64,000 bases of DNA from Ascidiella aspersa. Taxonomy: Eukaryota. Under the pieces are notes generated by a model that saw only the letters and a program-made list of their open reading frames with translations, searched no databases and was not told where the DNA came from. How positions within the stretch are numbered: position 1 is the stretch's first letter; the number at the start of each line of letters is the position of its first letter. Where the stretch lies: the NCBI GenBank assembly GCA_963924565.1, contig OZ004607.1, positions 5,642,001 to 5,706,000 on the forward strand, read 5' to 3'. This document shows positions 40,301 through 55,300 of the stretch, piece by piece. The position numbers and the translations under genes were made by a program.

Positions 40301-43300
40301 AAAATGAATAAAGATGTTTTTGAAACGTTCAAAATGATTCCTCCTTCTGTATGACCTACGATTCATTTCACGTATAACAACAATAAGTTGATTAAAGTGA
40401 TAAAATAATTTTTAACCAAAGTAAACTCTGGATTTAAAACAAAAAAATGTTAAAATAGTGTGTGTTTTGGTTGTGGTTCAAGCAGGTGTACATAGACGGT
40501 TTTTAGGTGTCATTCTCTAAGACGTGTGTAGTTTTAAATGTTTTGGTGAATCAGCTGAACGGATGGATAACTGCCAGCGGCTGTTTTTGCGTGTTGGCGT
40601 GTTGGCTTGTTGGCTTGTTTTGCAACCGACGAATTTCCAAACTGTGCTAATTTAAATTCAGGCCGCAATCTATTTTAAAATCTGAACCTCGTTTAAAGCG
40701 TTACGAGGTTGTAGAAAGATGGCAAAGCGATATGAGATAGGATGCCGAAGTAGTTAAGCGTTTTCACCTGGTTTCCATTTTGTTATTAAATACATTTGTA
40801 ATTGTGTAAACTGGTCTTTTTTAATTGTGAAATGAAGTTTACATGTTAAAGGCGAAAGCAAAAAAATAAAGCTGGGTTTAAAATAGGTTCTTCTGGCATA
40901 TATTTCTTCAACCAACGTTTCGGCTTACTATACGGCAAGCCTTCGTCAGGGACTGACACACATAGCCAACAAGAAAAAAAATATATGCCAGAAGGACACC
41001 TGTTTTAAGCATACTATGCCTGGTAGCAACAGCATATTTAAAGCTGGGTTTGTAAACTTTATAATTGCTTGTACGAATGTATACATTAGGCGTCATTTTA
41101 TTACAATAATGTCATTCGTGGACGAAAGTGTTATAGCAAAATAACATATCCACATGTGATTTAAGTGCTCATCGTTTCTCCTATTTAGTTGTTAAGTTGA
41201 AAATGGAGAAGACGAATATAAATATATTAGTGTGTGTCGCTAATTCGCAGTTAAATCCTGCCACCGCGACAGTAGCAACAAGTCTCGAACGATTAAATCG
41301 ACATAATCACCTGAGCTAACCGGTCAAACCTTTTCAAAACGATTACCGAGAAACAACGTGTTTACTGAACCTTGTTTTTCGCTGCGGTGATCTTTGAGTT
41401 TCGCATTATCGACGACAATTCCTAAACAAGTCTATCAAATCTCGGTCCTGCCAACGCTAGCACAACCAACAGCGGCAAACAGCTTTTTACGACTTTCGAG
41501 GAAACGCGAAAAGCTTGACCTTCGGAACTGCACTGGCCCCGGGCCGTGAGAAAATCGCGGCCGGGCATTCCGGAAGTAAATGGCCGAAGAGTCGAACTCA
41601 TTCATCGCCGAAGGGCTTTGTCCGAACAGCCTGGCTTCACCGGTAACGTTTTTCGTTTCGGGTAATCATGTGGCACTAAATAAAGACAAATTGTATTGTA
41701 TTCTCAACAAGCTTTCGCACAACCGTGCTTTATCAGGTCAAAAGTAGAAATGAAAGCAATTAAAATGCAAAAAGTAGAACACATGCGCGAGGCATATATC
41801 CTGTGGATGCATTAAACCTCATTATTCTTATCGCCTTTTTATTATCGCCTTTTTGTTAAACTTCATTATGGCCTGAACGACAATATCAAAAAGCGGAATA
41901 TAGTTGTTTAATTTTGTAAACGATTTATGTGCATATTTAATCGATTTTGACAAATAATTGACGTTTTTTACAAGTCAAAACATAATTGCCCTAGTTAAGG
42001 CATACACGCCTCACAGTAAAAACCTGATCGCAACACGTTTCCAGTTAGGTTACATGACAAAACACATCCCGCAAATTAAAATATTAGTAACTTTATTTTC
42101 ATCCTTACAAATATATTCGCATACCGTGCAGCTAAAATCAACATCCAAAAATAAATAATTTTTGTCCCAAGGTTGTACAGTTGTCGTTTGCAAGAGTATG
42201 TCACTGAGCATCCCCGCCTATATATATATATATATATACTGTATAGCGACCGTGTAAAACATCAAAAGGTATAGGATACGCCCTAAAGCCTGGCGCACTC
42301 AATCAAGGCACGCTTGGCAGAAGAAGTGGATCCTTCCTTTTTGCGTGAAAGTTTCCACCGGTGTTCGAGGAATCAGTATCGCTCGCTTCTGGCCCATTGT
42401 GCATATCCTGGATTTAGTAACTCGCTGATCCATCGCGGAACTCTCATTTTGCGCTCACTTAAATGTATACTTGTTTTAATAAAATGAATGGAGAGAAATG
42501 CCTCCAGTTATCACCATAGTCTTGTTTCGATTTGATTCAACGTTTGCCTAAGTCTCCAAGTCGAAGCGTGGTTGTTGCAGGGTTGTTTTAAGCGCATAAC
42601 ATGCTAAACGTGGCGTACATATTTTTGCCCTTCACACACGTTCACATTTTTATTAGAATAAATTTAAACAACATTGATTTTGAGTTCAATAAATGTATTT
42701 CTAGTTCGAAATACGGTTTAATCTACTTTCACGAATTGAGTATTTATCTAAATTATTTGACTCTAGTCTAATTGTCCTACTGTGACCTTGCGACGTCAAT
42801 CATCAAAATGGTTTTGTACTATATTCTTACCGACGTGCCTGAAAAATTCAAACATTTGCCTAAATTCGACCAGTCGAGGTATATGCACTCCCGCATTGTA
42901 AAAACAACTCTCTGGCCATTTTTGTTTTAGTTAATATCCAAACTAGGTACACTTCGGTTTAGTCTTACACTGTTGCGAAGTAATTTACACTTCTTATGAA
43001 ACTACTTTTTACTAGTTGGACATTAAGCGTACCCGGAACAAGTTAACAGCAATCCATGCCAACTGACGAACTATGCGAACTATCATGATTTAAAAAAATG
43101 ACCATCTCTGTTTTCGATTCCTGTAAGGGGCAGTTATTTTCTTCAAAATTTGACCTTGGTTATCCAGGATGTTGTTCTATAGCTAGTTTTTTTTCCTTTG
43201 CATCACTAACACACATTAGCACGTTGTGTTATGTGGTAAAAGTTCAAAAAATTCGGGTCCTGGTCGTCGCCGCCGTTGATTTTGCAAAGGTTGAAACGTG

Positions 43301-46300
43301 ACAGGAAAATCGTGTTGCCGAAAGGCTATAAGAGTGTCCATTAGGCAAACTGGCGCAATATCCCCGTTTAGCTTAATCGCTTCCACGGTACAGGATGCAA
43401 GCTGACCGTCTTGACCGAAAATAGAGTGGTTATGCAACAGGTGGCCGGTCTTCTGTTTGAATTGTAACAGTGTACCACCGCTCACCGGACAACAGAGAGA
43501 AATGTGTAGTACGATTTGTTTGCCTTCTGGCCAGGATTATCAGTGAAAAGGAAGTAAAAAATAGAATTTAACAATTCTTCCAAGCCAGATAAAATTGACC
43601 TTTCGGAGGCGGCTATGATTGTTTGTTTACATTTGTACGGGTGTTCAGACAGCAAAAAAACAGTATTGTGTGTTTACTATGGTTTGTTTTTTGCCCGCAG
43701 TAAAATTAAACAATACATAAACATAAACTAAGGCCAAACGGTTGTAACAGTTCAACAGGTTTAAACAAACCTTGAAAATTCTAGTTGTTAGAATGTGGTC
43801 ACACTATGAGTTTAGCAATAATTAAAGCCAGGATTGAACAGTTTTGGTGGTAACTAAAAAAAAAGTTTAATAAGGGACTGTTTTATTTTTATTTTACGCT
43901 GTAAAGCTTTGTTGACAGTTTAAGCTTTATATTTCAATTTTTGTATGCCATGAGTGGTGAACAACGTGGCCCTTAAAAGACACAAAGGTGTGCCACTAAA
44001 ATTTACACCCAACGGTAGCTTTTCAAACTCGATTTTAGTGTGTTAGTTCTGTCAAAATGATGAATTCGCAGTCATTATGTGAATTCCTATTTTGGTTAAT
44101 CCTTGAAACGAAATTACCAGTGACGTAATGCATCGTGGTATAGTTATGGTGTGACGCCGCTGTCTGAATCGCGGACCATTTTAATGACTGGGCCGCAGAT
44201 TTACGCTCGTGTACGACTGTTCGTGCTGCTGTCAACAAAAATCGCGAATCGACTTTTGGGTAGTTTTGCGTTTGACGTAAGACCGGTTATACGTGATTTG
44301 TAATGTTTTCGCAGAGTTGTGTTTAAAAACTGATGTAAGCTAGCCTATTGAAACGCCCTAGGTACTATAGCGACTAGTGACTAGTGACTAGAGGCTAGTT
44401 CTTGTTTTCGAACCGAGGATGACGTAAGCTGAAAAATATTTAGAAACCAAGAGCTTAGTCACTACATTTTTCCGACAAAAGCGAAATTATCTGTTGGCGT
44501 CGTTTATGTACAAGCGGTTGCGGTTCACAGCGCGCTTCGCCGCCACTTCGCCCCGAGGCTTTTAAACTGCGAAGGCTCGTTTTATTCTTTCGATACGTGA
44601 TTGACTTTTGGCGACGGTCGACAGCAATAGCCTAAGGGCCGTAGCACAAGCGTTCTCGACAGGACGTCTCTTCGTAGTTTACTTGTAGTCGTAGTGCTGC
44701 GAGTGCGCTTGTGTGAGTTGGCCAAATATCGCCGCGGTGTTCGCCGAAATCGCGCGTCCTATTTTCGTGCGCGTTCAACATGTTTTCGGTATGTTCGTGG
44801 CTTTGTTCCTTTTACGCGATCTCCGAATATGACCAGAGGCTCTTTCATCTCCGCGCAACAAACTTGTAACATATGTGCGTTACGATATCCACCCGTGGTT
44901 GGGTCTGACAGCTTAGCGGTTAAGTGATTTGAATATTTCTTTCGATGAGGTAGTGATGTACCCAAGGCAGGTTTTAAGCTTGCGAGGGCAGAAAAATTCG
45001 CTTCCTGATAACGTTTAGGTTTCGGTTGCTATGTGCGCAGAGCAGTAGATTTATGCGCTTCCTCTATCGCGTAGGTTTGATTGCTTTTATGGGCTTACAG
45101 TAAACAACCTCGGCGGAAGCGAAAGTTTGCAGTTTTTGCAAGATACGTGTGCTTAGTGTCGGGAGCACGCTTCTCGCCCGTTTTGCGCGTGTTAAAAAAT
45201 TGGCCACAACAGAGGCAGCTGCGACCGCTTCGTTGGTCACGCTTCTTTAACAGCAAGCATCTCGCCTGCAGCAGGTTTTACAGCGCGGTCACACGACGGA
45301 ACTTTTGTGTCTCCTGTTTTTTGATGACGGTACAGTGGCCGGACCTTGTTGTCTTGCGGGCGGGTTGTGACCGTCAGTCATTCAGACGCAGACCTAACCA
45401 AGAAACGACAGAGTTTCACCCTATCATTAACCCTGATGAGGTCAACTGGTATCTGCTGCCGAAACGTCGGTTTATACTTCGTTTACACCAGAAGAGCGAT
45501 TCCTATCTATTGATATGTTGCCAGTTGTGGCTAACTCTTTTTTTAAGAAAGACTTTTAAGATGAATTTTGAAGCGAGATGCCATGTAACTTTAAAACGCC
45601 GCTGTGTACGACTGTAAGTTTTTTCGCTCGAAAAATGCATTTTGTTGAGACAGTTGTCGCCGGTGTTGTTTACATTTTGTTGTCTGCCAAGGGAATAAAC
45701 ATTGAGTGCGTTTTAGATGTGGAAAACGTGTTTTATCAGGTTGACAATTCAATGTATTGTTTGTATTGCCTGATACGTGCTACGAGACACTTTCGTTTCC
45801 TGGAGTTTAAATTGCTTAGGTTTTATCGCTTACATACCACGATAATTTACAGCGTCTGTCGGTTATTGCAAAGGTTCTTGATATTAGTTAAAACCCATGG
45901 TATAAAAGCATTCGTAAAGCCGGCGATAAAAGGTATGTCGCAAGTCAATTTTTTCTTATTTGATGAAATTTTGAGGGAAAGTTTGTCTTTAACTTTCGCA
46001 CAAGGTAGCTGGAAAACGCGCCCATTGTCTCCTCTGGTAAAACTTCCGCCAATTTACCACAGCGTATCACGTGAAAGTGTTCTCCTGATCTCCATGCACG
46101 CGTTCGCTTGCAAGCAACTAAGTTCTTCCGTGAATGGCGCGTATTCACTGAGTCGTTGCCACGAACAATGCCGAAAATATGTCCTGACAGTCACGTGCTA
46201 CGCGCCCACAGAAACCGGAAAGTTCTAAAAAGGTGTGTGACGCCTATTGGCCGATGGACAATGGCTTGCCTGCAAGACAGCGTCCATTGTATGGTTGGTA

Positions 46301-49300
46301 CGTGTTGTGTGTCATCGCCTGAATCGAGCTAAACACCTTTGTATAGAAGACTTAGCTTACTGAGAGGAACAATGGTGGGTTGGAGATCAATCCCGGGCGG
46401 CAAGTGGGATTTTTCCAAGCCCTGCATCGGGCAAATTGGATGTCACGACCGCGCCGCGTGACAAATAATATCGTGATGCTTGTAAGGGCCGACTTAATTG
46501 CGCTTTACGGTCGGTCCGGAAACAGTTCGGTTTCAGGGCGCTTTTAGACATGTCAGGCTGAACGTTCTGGGCAGCGCGGCAAGCCTTCGGTTTCCGAGTT
46601 ATGTCTTGGACGGCTCAGCGAACGGTTATGGCCCGCGGCTATTGCGTTATTCGCTTGTATGTCGTCGTCTGCAACACGCCTGAGGCATAAAAAGCACTAT
46701 TTAGGCGTTTCGTGTCGGTCTGTGCTGTTCTGTTTGTTGCTTAGGGTTTTTTGAACCACATATGAAGGTACACTTGTATGGTGTTTCGCTTTTGCAAATT
46801 CCGAACCTTTTGCAAAACGCAATCCCCCTAATTTATATGCACAACACTTACAAACGCGTACTATTATTAAAAGGCAGTTTTTTTGTCGCTGATACACACG
46901 TCGGCGAAACGTTTAAATTACTGAAAATTTCAAAAAATGTTTAAAGAAAGTACAGGAGGCCATTTTGTGCAGTACATAGAGTTGAGTGTTCTTTAAACCG
47001 TTTATGTAAGTTGTCGTTAAGGTTTTGTGTTCGGCTACGATTTGACATACACACAAGTTGATTTTTTGTAACTTTTGGGGCCAAATAATTGTAATATTCA
47101 TTTGGCTTGGCGGACGTGGCGTGGTAAACCGATTGGTACATATCGATTCGTTACTTATTGACAGCACATGTGTTCGTCTGCAATAGAACAACGAACCCGC
47201 ATTATATTATTCCTTAACTGGGCATTAGTCTACGCTAGTGGTCGACAAACTGTGGGCCGCGGCCTAAATGTGGGCCTTAAATCAACTTTTAGTGGGCCGC
47301 GGGCTAGTTTTAAAATTTCAGTTTTGTGTTGAGTGTGGGCCGCGTGATGGCAGTGACCTATAAACGCTACAAAGATAACTTTGAGACTACACACTTTTCG
47401 CACTTTACGGAAGATGTTTTAAGAGCAAGTGTGACGTAACTTTGCGATGTTATTTGTTTCACGTAGTGGGCCTTCAATAGCTCTTGAAAGAGCATTTTGG
47501 GCCGCGACAAAAAACAAATTGCCGACCCCTGGTCTACGCCATTCTAAACCGGTAACCTCTGACGGAATTGACGCCCTTTTCGATTGCTTGCTGTCGAGCA
47601 TGCAACGTGGCGTGAAGCAAGGTCGTAGACGTAAGGTCACCGGAAAACGCCATTAGGATTGCGCCAGTCAGCGGGAACCCGCGCTGCTTTACGGGTTCAG
47701 ATCGGCACTGCGAGTTCAAGCTGCTTCATTGTTTACCTGCTCGCTGCACGTTCGCCAGTTAGGATTTTTAAAGCCAAATTAAAAAAATGGGCTTTTTTTA
47801 AACCTCTTTGGATTTTATTGTTTCAAAAAAAATCCAAATTAAATTTGGCTTTTCTCGTTTTTTTTGGTTTTATTTAAAAATTGTGTTGTGTTAAAAAGAG
47901 ATTAAACTAACACAAAAAGAGAAAAATTACCCCCCAAAAAAATTTACAAAAAAAGAAAAAACTAAGAAAAGTTGCCACAAAAGGAAAAATTGTATGTACC
48001 AGCATGACTATTGCATATTTTTGTTTATTTTGGGAAAAACATAGGCTTTTTAGAGTTTATAGTAGATTTGTTTTTTTTTTGGCTTTTTTAAAGGTAAGTT
48101 TGGCCGTTTTTTATTTTGGCCATCTAGCAACCCTGGTTCGCTGAGGCTGTTCAGTTAACTTGCGACGCATAAGAGTCGCTACGGCTTCGCTATTTTGTTT
48201 TTTTCCGAGTCGTTATTAACACTCGTCACCGCACGCAGCGCCGTCGGCGATTTTCGTATCGTATATAGATATTGTGACGTCACGCGTGACGTGTGCACGT
48301 ATCCTCCCCGACAGGCGAACCAAACTTTCGCCTTGGTGAGCTCTGCGTTTGTGCAGAGTTGTTAGTAGAAAGCCGTCTGTGCTTTCAGATAATGTCCCCG
48401 AGTAGTTATACACCGCTTGATATTGATCACAGCCACTAGCTATAACGCAAAGTGGTTTAGGTGAACCAACTGGTGGCATACGGCGTTTATTCCGGTTTTC
48501 GCGATTTATCGTTTTTCACTTTCACGTTTTGCAGCATCGCAATTATACAACAAACTTAGCAATTAAGGTTCAGTTCACAACGCAAAGTGGGCCAACGTCT
48601 ACAGAATTACCTATATTATCGCCGACCGCTGTGAAAATTCTACAATTGTGATAAATGGCTACTGAATCGCCAATACTGTAAACTAAATCATTTGGCTGTT
48701 ATGAACGTAACAGCGATGTCTATTTTACAAGTAGAATGTGTTTTTATTCGCATTGACAGGCCATCCAACACATTTAGACCAATTCACAAGCTTAAAGTCG
48801 ATCCCGCCTAGTAGTAGGCTATTTCGACCAGTTGTTTGTACTGCAGATCTCCCTCTGTTAAGCTTCGAACTATCATTAAAAAGGCTGCTTTGCTGTGTGT
48901 ACGCGAGGCGGTATGCGAAGCTGCAAATCGATTTTCTGCCGACATTGAAAGCGCTGTAGGCACAAATCGCTTCCTTCAAATTGACGGTCCTTTTTTAAAA
49001 TACGACTCTTCTTAAGTTGCGCAAGAAAAATGCAATGGCGGACGCAACGGCGTTTAAAGAATTTTAGAAGAAGTAAAAGTCTTACGTTTTGTTATTGGGT
49101 ATAGCTGCCAACTAGATTTAATCTGTTTCGTCGTGTATAAAGAGCTTGACATTCACACAAGGATCAAGGTAAAAACGTAACTGCACGTGGCAGTCGTTGT
49201 TTCGTCGTGCAAAATTGCAAATTTGGCGACACCGAAAGCTGAAATAAATGCCTTGGTGCAATGAAATTTAGGTCAAATTGAATCGCTGGCTTTCCGCAAA

Positions 49301-52300
49301 AGTTCGCCAGAATGCAACGCATAAGTATTGATCGTCTGGATGCCGTCACTCTGCGGTTTCCGTTTGGTGAAGTTTCTGCAGTCGATTGGCTCTGTATGTT
49401 TCCTATTGGAAATGAAGTGCACGGGCAGTCGCGCACCGTTTCCTTTTTGCTCGGCTTTTATTTTCGTTTCTGATTTGCAAGTCGATCGCGCGCGTCTTTG
49501 GAAAGGCCATTGCGATTTTTCAACTGTCGCGTTTTTAGGGTGTTTTCGTGTGTACCATATCAGCATATGTAGGCAAGTGCCGGTTCTTCAATTTTGCCAT
49601 TGCAGAGCGCAGATAGATTTCTGCAGGTAAGGCTCTTTTTGTGGACTTTTGTTGCGGTAACACAGGTTCGGTTTCGGTTTTGCTCAACCGCCGAGTTCTA
49701 ACCTTTAGCGAAAATTTAACAGCAATTTTCTTTTGTTTGTATTCTGAACGTGTTTTTCTCTCCACCGTAAAGTGCCTCGCCGATTTGGCGGACCAAGATC
49801 GAAAACGAAACTCGAGCTAAGGTAAACAGACGAAACGCTCTAGCGCGGGCCGGCATTCTTGCTCGCCTTCGCAGACGTGTTCTATCGGCGCTTTGGGTTT
49901 AAATGCAAATAGACCGTGCTAAGAGCCCACAGAGGGCTTTCAACTTTGGAGCGGCGCTGTAATTTGCATCGTAGGTAAACTGCCGGTAAGAGGCAACGCT
50001 AGTGCTAGGGGCGGGAATTAGTCCCTGGTCGATTTACCATTTAGTTTTGGCGAAAGTCTCAGTAGGCTAGAACTTTTGGGGAAGCATTTATCCCTTTTAT
50101 GCTGAATGAAACACTATTAAAAGTTGAAAGGTTTACAACGTAGCATGTGAATTGGACTGTTAATCCACTTCGTACTTATAAAACGACAGTAAGTATAGCT
50201 AGTAATAGAGTTTGAACTTAAAAGAAACAATTTCCTGGTCCTGGCAGCAATCAGCAGTGCACACTTGTGTCAATGTGAAGAAATCCGTTTCACGGCCTAC
50301 AGTTTCCAGAGAAGAGAGGCATGAAAATAAAATGCATTAACTGTCCGCTGAAAGATTAGGCAGCCAGGTCACCCTTGTAAATCACCCAAATAAATCCGAT
50401 ACAGCAAGGCAGAGTTTGTCTTGTCGAATTCAGAAGTGCTCCATTCAGTCCACCACCAAACTTACCGATGTGGTTCCACGCTTTACAACGAGGTCTCGGT
50501 TAGATAACGAATGCGTCGGTTAATGCAGTTTCTGCTTTGGGTAGGCTGGCAAATGCAACTCGTGCGAGCTTGGTAATTGCTCTTGTGTGATATCAAAGCT
50601 GTTTGGCGGTTGAACGGCAAATGCTGTATCGTTTTGATTGAAAACTGATGGGTTTAGAGTAGTTTGCAGCAAACTGCGGTTGCGGTTTTTGATTACAAAA
50701 ATGTGCTAGTCAGATTACGTTGTGAATTTGATTAAATACTGAGAACTGACGACGTGCGACCTGTTGTTGCGGCTTTTTGCTTCAAGCAGTATGATTAAAA
50801 TAAAAATTAAGATGCTTTATAGATATTGATATAAATATAATTTATTTGGGACATCAATACACAAAAATCCACGAAATTATAATGTTTTGCAATATTTGAC
50901 GTTTCCGGAAGACAGCGAAAGGCTGTAAAGTTCATCGAGTCGGCTTTCTCCTGGTTTAGATTCAGTTCAAGAAATAATTGTAATGTAAATTAAAACGATA
51001 AATTCAAATACATACATTACAGACGTTACAGACTTCCCTACAGACTTTAGAAACGTTACAAACATTACAAGCAGTGCAAACATTAACCTACATTAAATTA
51101 CCTACATTATCTAAATTCCACAAGTTTACATACGCGTTGCAGATTAGACGAACGGCAATACACTTAACTAGATATATTTTAAAGGAGTAGGGATATAGGA
51201 CTGGTATAGGGAAGTTGGTGTTGATTGATCTTTAGGTACAAATTGGCGACCTTGTTCCTGATTTGTGGCTGTGCCTTGACTATATGACGTGCTCGCGTTC
51301 GCGTCTGTTCGCTTTCTAAACAGAACCGACTGCCAGCCGCGGCACACAATGGCAAAGGTTCTACCCGGGGTTTTTCCAGGGCTAAGAATAGACGCAGGTA
51401 GGCCTTATCGACTAACCCCTTCTTCAGCGCCGAACCTTCGGGTTTTTTGTTGCTCTGCGCGCTCTTAGAAGTTGCAGATAGTTTTTGGAAGGGTCCCGTC
51501 GCACAGAAAAGGAGAAGTCGTATTTCGATTTGTTAGCGTTGCCTTGCGAATCGGTCTAGCCTTATTTCAGCAAGATCCGAGACTGCCAGAGTGTTTTAAT
51601 TATTGTTGGATGTGCTCAAAGTCTGCCCCCCACAGAAACAGTTCACACAAGGCGATTTGCGCCGCATAGTCACTCTATAAAGCTCGTTTAATCTCCGTTG
51701 TACAGACTTAATCCGGTATAATATTTTTGGTTGATAATCAATGGAGAAAAGTTCAGACATTTTGTGCCCGGCCCGCCGGCGTGGTTTTCTGCCAGCATTT
51801 TAGGTATAAATCGTTTGCTCTAAGGAAATAATTTGCAAGCCACAATAGGTTGAAGAGTTAACGACGGGTGCCACTTTTCATTATTTCTAAAAGAACGGGA
51901 TTTGCAAAAGCGGAAGCCGTATCTCTGCGCATTTGATAAAGGCAAATTCTCCCCCCTCCTCCATATATATAGGCCGCCCGCAAGGCTTGCGTTTAGATTT
52001 AGTTGCTGCGAATTTACGCGTCGTCGGCCAAATGCAATCTAATTAATAAGCCTAAAAGCAGGGTAAAGGCAATTCTTTGTAGATTTTTGTTTGTTCAGTT
52101 CGATAGTTTTTATGGTACAGGCAATTGTTCGTAGATTTTTCTTTTTGTTCAGTTTGTTTAGTTTTCATGGGTACAGGCAATTCTTTGTAGATTTTGCTTT
52201 TTTCAGTTTGTATGATTTCGAGTTTTTATGGGTACAGGCAATTCTTTGTAGATTTTGCTTTTTCAGTTTGTATGATTTCGAGTTTTTATGGGTACAGGCA

Positions 52301-55300
52301 ATTCTTTGTAGATTTTGCTTTTTCAGTTGGTTTGAATAGTTTTTTATGTCTTTAAGCCAGCAAACTGTTTCGCTTTGCGATTCGCCTGGCAGCTTGGCTA
52401 AGGTCGTGTATTTTGTTTTCCCGTTGCTTCTAGCTTAAGGTTTATAGCTAACAGTCACATGCACCAAAGACCCCGAAACGCGGCAGCTCTTTTAACGACC
52501 TTGCCTGTTTCCGTCCTCTTTCAAGGCCTCGCCCCGATGCATCTGGCTGCGCAGCTCAACAACGCACCAGCGATTCGTCTCCTTCGACAGGCCGGAGCTG
52601 ATATCAACGTTGCGGTAGGTTGAGTAGTAAGCAGCATAGTAGCTTTGCAATTCGTCGCATTTACGTAGGCTTGCGTTTGGCCGGGTTATCTTGCAAACCG
52701 CTGTTAATGCATTTAGAACAACAGAAAGACCCGACCATATGATGTAAACGCTACACTTCTATTTTAGATATAATTATGATAGGTTGGCACTCCACGGATC
52801 TGTAATGTAGATAGTTTTACTCCGGACAAAACGAATTGGGTCCCGATTTATATAAGTGAAGTTGAGATATATTCAATTCACATTATCTGAAGAATAATAT
52901 ATTTATATAATGGGAAACCTCATTCGGTTTTCGTATTTGCGACCATCACTGTTGTAAACAAGTCAAGTCCTGGCAATGTTTTTTTTTTCAACATTACCAA
53001 GTCCAGCCCTAGTCCAACATATTGCCATAGAAACAAAAATTACACTATTTTATCTAAAACTATGGATTTACTTTTTTCTGCGCGTTATTTCACGTACCTA
53101 CACTTAATGTTTTACGCACCGTGAGTAGAAACATTTTACCAGAAAGGCTTTGTTTTGAAACTGCTCTGAGTAAAAGCAGAAGTGAACTATACTGTATTTT
53201 GTTTCGTTACGTCGCATATCGAACTGCCGAGGTAGCAACCTAGTTGCCAAAAAGGAACTTTGTAACGTTTGTAAATGCGTTTCAACTTGTTTAAAGCGCT
53301 ACAATTATTTAGGTAATAAAAACGAAACTAAATAATTTCGGGCGATATTTTTCTTGGGCTGCAAAGATAAGAACGGGAACCGTCCCGGACTGCACAATAC
53401 ACAAACAGGAACTATCCCGAAACGCAACAGTAATTAAACGGCCCGTAACCATAAGCAGCAGCACACCTTTCGTAGTTGTGTAGCGTTACCGGCCGGTTTC
53501 TGGGAACTCCGTGCTGAAGGAAATATTTGCCCAGTGACGTGGATCCATTGTCGCAAACGCTATCGCCTTTGTGTCTCCAGTAGCAGCGCCAGCAGTAGAA
53601 CAAAGTAGTCATTGATTGATTGCCCCGGGTAGGAACCAGTCACCTTTCTACAGGCTAGGGGAAGTACGACTCTGGTTACAATAACCGACTTACTAACTCC
53701 TTTTTAGAATCGGATCATTTCCAAAGTAACGACCGACGCGTAAAATTTAGCCTTCTTGTACTCGGCGCAGTTAAACGTAAAAAGAACTGTAATACCCATT
53801 AAACGAAATTTGCATAGCGTAATTTGACTTGGACTTGCTATGGAAATGACTTGGTATACGACTATACTTGGCTAATTTTAATCCTTGTTCTGAGACTTGA
53901 TTTTCTATTTCTTGAAATTACTTGACTTGGCCGCCAAGTCATATCGAAATTCATTGTTTACAAAAAAAAATAGCGTTAGTTTAAATGGCACTTATTCAAG
54001 TGACATGCTGTCTTACTTTAGGTTCCAATTTTAAATGACACACTGTCGCCGTTTCAAAACGTATCAATACGCCAAAAACATATTTGAATCCAGAGAGGGA
54101 AAGGCAGCCTTTCACTATAAGCGTGGTCGTTACACTTGCCTACTCAAACTCGCGTTTGGTCACGAGCAAAGCTCCCTATTCGAAACCGTCATAAACCGCA
54201 CGATCGAAACTCGAATTCAGTTAGGAACGCGTTCTTCATTTAACTCTTATGCTGAGTTAGGACCGAAAATCGCTCAAGTTAGTTTGTGGTTTACAAGTAT
54301 GACGGGACCTTTGTGGTTATTGTAACTAAATTGGATAAAAGGAATCCGACTGCGTTTTGGTTCAAAATGTGAAGCGTGTCTGATATGCTACCAAAATAAC
54401 ATGTGCTTGGTAATAAACATCGCACCAATTGTAGATGTGTTCGTGTTGGTCTGTGTCTTATTTTACCAACATTAAACGACGAGAGATCTATTTCTTTTCT
54501 GAAACGGAAAGTTTTACGTTCACCTTAACTCGAGTTCATTATTATTGCACAAAGCTATAGTAGTCGCTCAGTGCAAATATCGAAACAGCCCTGAACCGAA
54601 TTTGCAAAACTGCTGCTCGGCGGCGGACTTATTTGCATACAAGGTTCACATTTACATCTTACCGTCGTCTAAGCGCTTTCATAAAGGGTGGTTTTGATGA
54701 CTCATGCCGGTCGCCATTAGGTAAACAACAAGCGAAAATTCGATCTTAAAAGCCGGCCTCAGTTTCGAAGCGTTCTTTTGCCCAGCTTGTGGTCGAGATA
54801 GAAATTTCGCGCAATTGACTCTACGGTTTCAAGTTACAGGGCTGACGAAAATCGCAATTGCCAAAGCGCGCCGTGAAAGGATAAGTTGGCGGAAAGCGGT
54901 CTAGAGTTTCAGTCAGCCGACATCAATTGTGTTTTTTCTTTGTATTTCGGCAGGACAATAAAGGCGGTGCTTCTCCGATCATTTTGGCCACCAGAGGGTC
55001 TCGGAGAGAAGCGGCACAAGCATTGCTCGAGGTAAGAGGGGAGTCGGCATTTTAGAGAATAACAACCTTGTCAAACAAAATGTTTATTAGAAGATATGGC
55101 CTTGTCCGTGCAAGTTAAATAACAACACTCCGCTTTAATTGATAAAGTTTGTCTTTACTTTTTATTTTAACCATAGTTTTTATTTTGCTTTCGAACACAA
55201 GACCTACAGAGCAAATTGTAAAAAAGATAGAAAACATAAGGTAAGGGGCAGTCGACTGAAGCGACAAAATCATGTTGGAGTATGGGAAATTTTATTTTGG

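Noticed and set aside
45081-46332. Long intronic ORFs (178 and 216 aa) as a nested gene or transposase
   Set aside because: No recognisable domain, non-coding-like composition and no coherent splice structure.
47755-48135. Additional hAT MITE ending CTAGCAACCCTG
   Set aside because: Only one terminus is clear and there is no full TSD; probably a remnant, but boundaries cannot be supported.
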